A DNA stretch of 64,000 nucleotides from Phoronis australis (taxonomy: Eukaryota; Animalia; Phoronida): positions 392,260 through 456,259 of the forward strand of contig NMRA01000017.1 in NCBI GenBank assembly GCA_002633005.1. Direction: 5' to 3'. The position numbers and the translations under genes were made by a program. The number at the start of each line of letters is the position of its first letter. The stretch's first letter is position 1. The notes beneath the pieces were generated by a model. That model ran no database searches. It worked only from the letters and a program-made list of their open reading frames with translations, and had not been told where the DNA came from. Positions 57,623 to 64,000 of the stretch are shown here, in pieces.

Positions 57623-60601
57623 ACATAACGATCTGCTGTGGGTCTGGTGTTGCGTGGGTCTGGTGTTGTATGCGGGAGAACCTGTGCATCTATGAAACCT
57701 GGATATCAGTGTCATCAGCCGTACATAATGCTTATTTATTGCACGTTTTGTAGATTCTGTTGTCATGACGTGGTATGCTATGTTGTGTTATATATATAGA
57801 TATGTGTTATTTAATCAACATGACATGGTATACTATGTTGCATTATATATATAGATATGTATTATGTAGCAATTAGTTTTTCATAGTGGATTGTGGTATG
57901 CCTTATTGTAATTGTACAGTAAATGTGGACTGATCCTAAGGGTAATATTGAGTCATACATACGAGTGAAAGCAATGTTGCCCGAGGTCATCTCTTAACAG
58001 ATTAACATGGTTTTACCTGCTTTAACTGATGAACTACCTTTGTCTACTCGCTTTGTTCACACAGTCAGGGCTTTATGGTTTCTACAGCCTGTAATTGGTC
58101 AGATCACGAACAGTGACATCTGATGTTTGCATGAATGAAGTGATATACGACTGGCAAGTCAACATCACCTCACAGGTGGAAGTCATCATAGTGCGTTTTG
58201 GCCAGTGTAGAGAACAGAAGTACCAGTGATTGTGTAATGAATACTACCATCAGGCACCAGTGGTTGTCTGGATAGACATTAAAACAATGGATCTTGATAA
58301 CACTACGACAGTTTACATATCATGAAGTCAGTGTGATGTGCTCCGGAACAGCTTGCTCCGGAGTTAGTAACCAAGTGATCGGACATGGTGCCGCGGTGGC
58401 GGAAAGGCCCACCTAGATGGCGGCACCAGCACATGGTCATCACAATTGTCTTCTAACAGCCTCATGTTGCCAACAGTGGCTCATGTACTCCTGGTGTAAC
58501 TTGAGCTCACCAACTCATTGGATTCTCGTCCCGTGTCTTGTGAGAAATTTAATCAATAAAAAGTAAGCTATTATTGTATTCTACTTATGGTGTCAGTTAA
58601 TGTGGTTCTTCCCATCTGTACAGGTAGTCATGAGTGCAGTTACAGGTTTCTGAACACACCTTAGAGGTAGTTGCTTGCCTTTTTGTTGTTTTTCTTTACA
58701 GTTGATTATATACGTGTAGTTGTAACTTCATCCGTGTACAAATACTGTTTCAAATCATGTAGTTCTGGTTGCGATGCTTTTATTTGGTATTTTAAGGATA
58801 AGTGAAACCAAAGTTTGGCATTTTAAAGTGGTTGAATGTGACTGTGCGACAGAATAAATTATTTTCCCAGGACTGAAAACTTTGTACTATGCAAGTGTAC
58901 TGAAATTTAGCATTGTAAAATCTATCCACAATGGAAATCTATTATTAACCAATTAAATTGAGGTTTACAATAATCAGTTGTAAATAGAAGATATTGTGGT
59001 AGAGAAAAATAAATTTTAATAAATGTGTCAATAGCGTGTGTGCTGTTTTTAAAGGAAATCTGTAACCTTAAGTGACCTAATTTATGAAATTTACTTTTTT
59101 CAAGGCAACAGGATATGTTTATTCCGTGCACTTGGAATGAGCAAGTTTTTAACAAAGCTGAAAAATGTGGCGTAAAGTGTTTGGAATACAATACGAAATA
59201 TTTAAAAGTAGGTTTTTTTTACAAGTTGACTCCAACCCAGGTAACATTTTGTACCGAGACTATTACTATGTCAATAAATTGAATTTCAGATGCACAATTT
59301 ATCTTAAATACCAATCGTAGCAACTACTGAATGCGCTCTGTATAAAATAAAAAGATCCATTTTTGTTATAAAATGAATAAGAGCAACAGCGAGTGTTGAT
59401 ATGCACCCAAAGAGTTCTGCACAAATATACTGACAAAAGGAACGATCACTATTCCAAATATCCCATTTCAGCAAACAATCTAGTAAACATGCCATAAAGG
59501 AATACACTATCTGAAAAAAATCATTTTTTCACTCAACATATGTATTGTCATCACCATTATGCGCGCCACCTGTTTCCTCTTCAGGTATCTGATCCCTGCT
59601 ATTCTTAATTGTGATGTCAAATGGTCACGTTCAATGCGCCATTGTACTGTCACTAGGAGGCGTAACATTGATCTCACCCCTCTGAAAATTGGTAAGAGTA
59701 CAACCTTTGATATAAACTTATCTGTCAAATGTCAATCCATCAAGGAATTCGACAATTACTGCCCACAAAGTTCAGTGGTAGTTGTTCTAGTCTGTGCACT
59801 CGGATAAGTAAGATTTTGGTAAACTCTGAAATCTAGCTGCATTTGAATTCGATTTAACTGAGCATTACTGCACACATGGGGGCACAGCACAGTCAGATCT
59901 GTCTAGACAGGAACTCAACTGCCCAATTTAAAGGTGGTTATCAATTTCAAAAGTGTTTAGGAGAGATATCAAAGTTCAAAACCAGACATTGCAATAATAT
60001 GTGTAGAAAAAATACTAGAGTGAAGTGGAATGACAAAAAATGAGCATTTATTTAAAAGAGAAATTATCATATACATATACAAAATCTGATAATAAAACTT
60101 CAAATCTTCTGCAAACTCGAGTGGAATGCTGTACTGGAATATAATATGTAAAAATATATTAATCAAAATATAACCACTATCATGACACGTCAGGTCTAAT
60201 TCAAGCAAAAATAAATTAAATGTTTTACCACTTCTTCAGAGCACCTGACTAGTAGTGATCGAAGAATAAAATGTGTCACTGACAGGCAATTTCCTGCAAC
60301 AGCTGTAGTGAGAACCCCAGTACCATAACCATGTATAAATCCCAAGTATACATGAGTATTAGGAACCCATTCAGATCAAATGTAAAGTTTTTCCAACATA
60401 GATATAGGTCCAAACCTCTCTTAGTGGTGACATTGGAAAATAGGAGATTACATTCCCACATTGCACGGAGCCAACACCTAAGTTGGCAGAGACTAGCAAA
60501 ATTGACTGTATATGACAAATTCGAAGTATGACTCAATATCAAAAATTCAATTCATACGCAAACAACATTCTGCCAGCAAAGATACACCTAGGAAGTACAT
60601 T

Positions 60602-60850
60602 TCATTTGTCGATCTCAAAAAATAGGAAAGGTGCTGCCGGCAGTTGGGTTTCCGCGTCATATATTCCACACTGTTTAAGCTGACACGGACTCTGTCGCCA
60701 CTCGTACCTAATGCCTGACACCTGTTTACCAATGCAAGCGAACGATAACATGAGAGTGACCGTGTTGCCAGAAGTCCCACCTACAGGGCAGGAGGACCAG
60801 TTACGATCATCTGGAGCACAGTACGTCTGCTTCTTAGATGTGCAGCACAA
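60602..60850 (-). CDS. SIAE: SIAE terminal exon
   Basis: cttctctcag acceptor; IRYEWRQSPCQLKQCGIYDAETQLPAAPF; TGA. Confidence 0.9.
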   Translation of the reverse strand: MCCTSKKQTYCAPDDRNWSSCPVGGTSGNTVTLMLSFACIGKQVSGIRYEWRQSPCQLKQCGIYDAETQLPAAPFLFFEIDK

Positions 60851-63097
60851 CTGAGAGAAGAAACAAATAAAAGAGTTTTTAAATTGTCAGTGATATTGCA
60901 ACACAAGCTACGACTTGGTAAACAGTCCCTCCCACACGGCAGACGGACCACCTGTGTGGTGTGCAGTAGGTCTGGGTAGAGTTCAGTACCTGTCTCACGG
61001 TTGGAAAAATCTAGCCAAAATCATGTGTTCTCATTTCAAATACACGGCAATATCTCGCGTAATCTTGCTTTTTAGTGAGGTCCTAGTGTAGGTCCTAGCG
61101 TTACTGAACTCTATCCTGTTTTGTGGAAATGCAGTTCAACTAAAGAAAGATAATAACTTAGATATTGTGGCCTGACAACTGTAGTATTATAACACAAGGT
61201 CAACAGATGTCATTCCCACACGAGATACTCCCGAGTGAAGATATAGTGATCATATGCATCGCTAGTAACGCGTGGCGAGATCATAGGAATTGCATGATCT
61301 CATGAAACTGGAAAGACACAAGCCTTACAGAATGCAGGCCAGGGCGACAAGTACTAAATACACATCCATATAACTGATCATACCTTACGATGTCAGTGTC
61401 ACAGGTCAAAGCATTCAACATTCCATACAAGTGAGTAACATACACACAGAGACAGATTTTAAAGTAGTACGGTAAAAACCCTTCAGTTTGGGACAATGAT
61501 TAGCGACTGGTGAAATTTCATTTGGTCAAATTCCTCAACAAAAATAACTTTTCAGGAAAACTTACTTTTTGCTTTTAGCATGATTTGTATAACATAGCAA
61601 ACAACATTTGGAAAAATTTTTGGCATCTGAAACAATAAGGTAAGCCTCCGAAAAATGTAAATATGGCAATTTGAACAATTACAAAGTCCCAAATGTTTAC
61701 AGTACATGTAAATCGTGGAGGAGGTTCTGACCTCCACCCTAAATCAAACCAAGCAGAAAATGATGCAAACAAAGAAAAATGTAGGCTATCATGACAAGGC
61801 ACCAAGTTTCAACTTCCAGAGACAGGTGCTTGGAAGCTATTTCTCTGACAGGTATTTCTTACAACTGTTCTTGTTGGTGGCCATGGATGGCGGCCTGGGA
61901 TGGTGGCCTGACGCTATTTAACACCCAGAACCATAAACACGGAAAGACATGAAAACAAATAATTCAAACTCAGATTTGTATTGCATATTACAAACCTCAA
62001 ATCCAAATTTGTTCCTGACTTCTATGTTGGTCGTCCAACTTTCGTAAACAATAGTGACATTCAAAGGATTTATGCTGAAAGACTTTGGAAACGGTCCCTG
62101 GTACTTGGTCTTCATATTGTAAGCCACTGCCATACCGGCCAGAGCTAGTCTCAGTGCGACATCTTGCTTGTCTCGAGTGTGTACCCTGTGAAAAGAAAGT
62201 TCCATGCAAGAACCCCCAAATTACAGATTGTCTAAGTAGTGAAGCAAAATAAGTATGATCGGTAAAACAGCAAGAGCTAAATGGTAACCTATAATTGCAA
62301 TTATTACAATTAAAATTAATGCGTATTACTATTTGCATATGTCGCTGCAGCTGTAATATTGCACAAGATACCAAAATGAAAGGTGGACCACATTGTTTAT
62401 GAAAAGTTTAGAGGCACCTACGGTCCATAGGGGGAGCCATAGTCAGCTATATCCACAGCCACAGACATGAAGACATTTTTCATCCTGGCATTTGGCACGT
62501 AACCAACATCTGCTGTCTGATGCCAGCGAACGTCAGGGTAACCAGATGCGTTACTTCCAGCCTGTGTAGGACTGTCGTCTGGCCCAAGCTATAAATAACC
62601 AAAAAACAAATGTAGCCATATTAAGCCATCACGGACAGTGCACTGGCATACCATTTAAATAAAAAGCAGCATGTGTTTATATTCCATCCCATCAACCTGA
62701 CGCGACTTACTTTATGTTTTGCACAAAAGATTCACCTAAAGTAAAACGTTTTAAATTTATGCAAGTGCAAATTTGTGTGTAAAGTTAAACGACAATCACT
62801 AAATTGGCAAATGTTGAAAACAAGAGAAATTAGCAATGCATAGTTAACGCACCTTGTTATCTGAAGATGCCCCACATAATACACATTTCATCTTTCACTG
62901 TCCCACCTCTAGATTGTTGTCATAAGACCCAATCAGTCACAAATAAACTTGGTACATGACATTTACCTGCACAAAGCCAAAGGGGAACATGGAACTTGTC
63001 TGTCCATCAGAACCATCGTGAAACTTCTTCCGCCAATCATTGATCATGGCCGGGAAGGAACAATTGTACGTGTCAGGGTTGTCAGTGTTGGCTTCAC
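60602..63097 (-). CDS. SIAE: Sialate O-acetylesterase, 3' part (5' exons lie beyond the window)
   Basis: complement(join(60602-60850,61996-62185,62422-62588,62967-63097)) is in frame: GEAN..YNCSFPAMINDWR..FPFGFVQL, RWHQTADVGYVPN, SPYGPVHTRDKQDVALRL, RYEWRQSPC..LPAAPF. Confidence 0.92.
61996..62185 (-). CDS. SIAE: SIAE exon with catalytic His motif
   Basis: ttttcacag acceptor, gtttgt donor; VHTRDKQDVALRL..YQGPFP. Confidence 0.9.
62422..62588 (-). CDS. SIAE: SIAE exon
   Basis: tttatag acceptor, gtaggt donor; YPDVRWHQTADVGYVPNARMKNVFMSVAVD. Confidence 0.92.
62967..63097 (-). CDS. SIAE: SIAE exon
   Basis: ctacacag acceptor, gtaaat donor; GEANTDNPDTYNCSFPAMINDWRKKF..FPFGFVQ. Confidence 0.92.
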
Positions 63098-63231
63098 CTG
63101 TGTAGACAGATATGATCACTACTAGTGAGACACAATCATTGGTCATAACCGGTAAGGAACAATTGTACGTGTCAGGGTTATCGGTGTTGGCGTCACCTGT
63201 GTAGACAGTTATGACCACTACCAGCGTGACA
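63034..63231. repeat. 99-bp tandem duplication spanning an SIAE splice acceptor
   Basis: 63034-63132 and 63133-63231 align without gaps. Confidence 0.9.
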
Positions 63232-64000
63232 CTTCTAAGTGATTAAAAATACTATCACTACAATTACCATTCATGATTATCTCTAAATGAATATTATAGC
63301 TTGATAATATGCTTCTGGGCTGACAGCAAACATCATTGCTATTGGATATTTTTGTAATGATAGCAAATATCAACCTGCAGATTGTCACTGCTATTGGATA
63401 CTTTTGTAGTAATAGTAAAGTACCAATCTGGAAACCGTCATTGCTCGTGGATATTATTGGAAAGAGAATGGACAAATGGGGATTGAAAGTGAAAATACTT
63501 TTAGAAAAATTGGATTTTTGAAAGGAGTGGATTAACCAATTAATCATAAATCAACTGAAATTTGTAAAGATCAGAATGCAACGCGCAATATCATAGAAGA
63601 CAATTCAAAGCTCTCCCTGTATTTACGGTAGTTGTTGAAATTTACTAAGAAGTGATTAAATCAAATTCTACAGAATACTTGTAGCAATATCTCAGTTTCA
63701 TGTGTCATGTCATGATTTAACGACAGAAAAGAGTAGGAACCAGCTGTTCCAAGGAAATGCAGGTATTGTAAATTGTGTTTAAAAGGCAAGGTCAAAGATA
63801 AGTACCATTTTCTGTCATAAAACACTGTAAAACCTTTAAGACAATGTGCATTACCAGAATCTTTAAGAGAAGACTGTAGTCCTTAACAGAAGCACACTGT
63901 ACTGTGATCCAATGAAGCACTAGTCTTAAATCAGATGGTAATTATACATGTCTTGGCAATGAAAACGTTTGTTGCAAGAGGTTTCGTTGTATGTTTTTTA

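Overview
Intron-rich, AT-rich animal genomic DNA (probably a marine invertebrate; this is inference from gene and repeat content), so most short ORFs in the track are spurious. Four spliced genes were rebuilt by hand from GT-AG junctions and reading phase. (1) A KChIP/KCNIP neuronal calcium sensor on + (about 320-22648) with candidate alternative first exons and two alternative last exons. (2) An unrecognised ~2100-aa acidic, disordered protein on - (27034-39299), mostly one 5.9-kb exon with nested internal repeats. (3) Shugoshin on + (41667-57622, 18 predicted exons, 988 aa), head-to-head with gene 2 across a ~290-bp promoter. (4) The last four coding exons of a sialate O-acetylesterase (SIAE) on - (60602-63097), continuing off the window. 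Introns hold hAT-type elements with 6-bp TSDs, a Harbinger-type MITE, a tRNA-derived SINE, a Helentron-like repeat family, minisatellites and two N-joined duplications that look like assembly artefacts. I found no CRISPR array, rRNA, intact tRNA or clearly new multi-gene system. The best leads are the modular KChIP termini, the orphan giant-exon gene sharing a promoter with Shugoshin, and an in-frame duplication of an SIAE splice acceptor. All models are unverified by transcripts or database searches.
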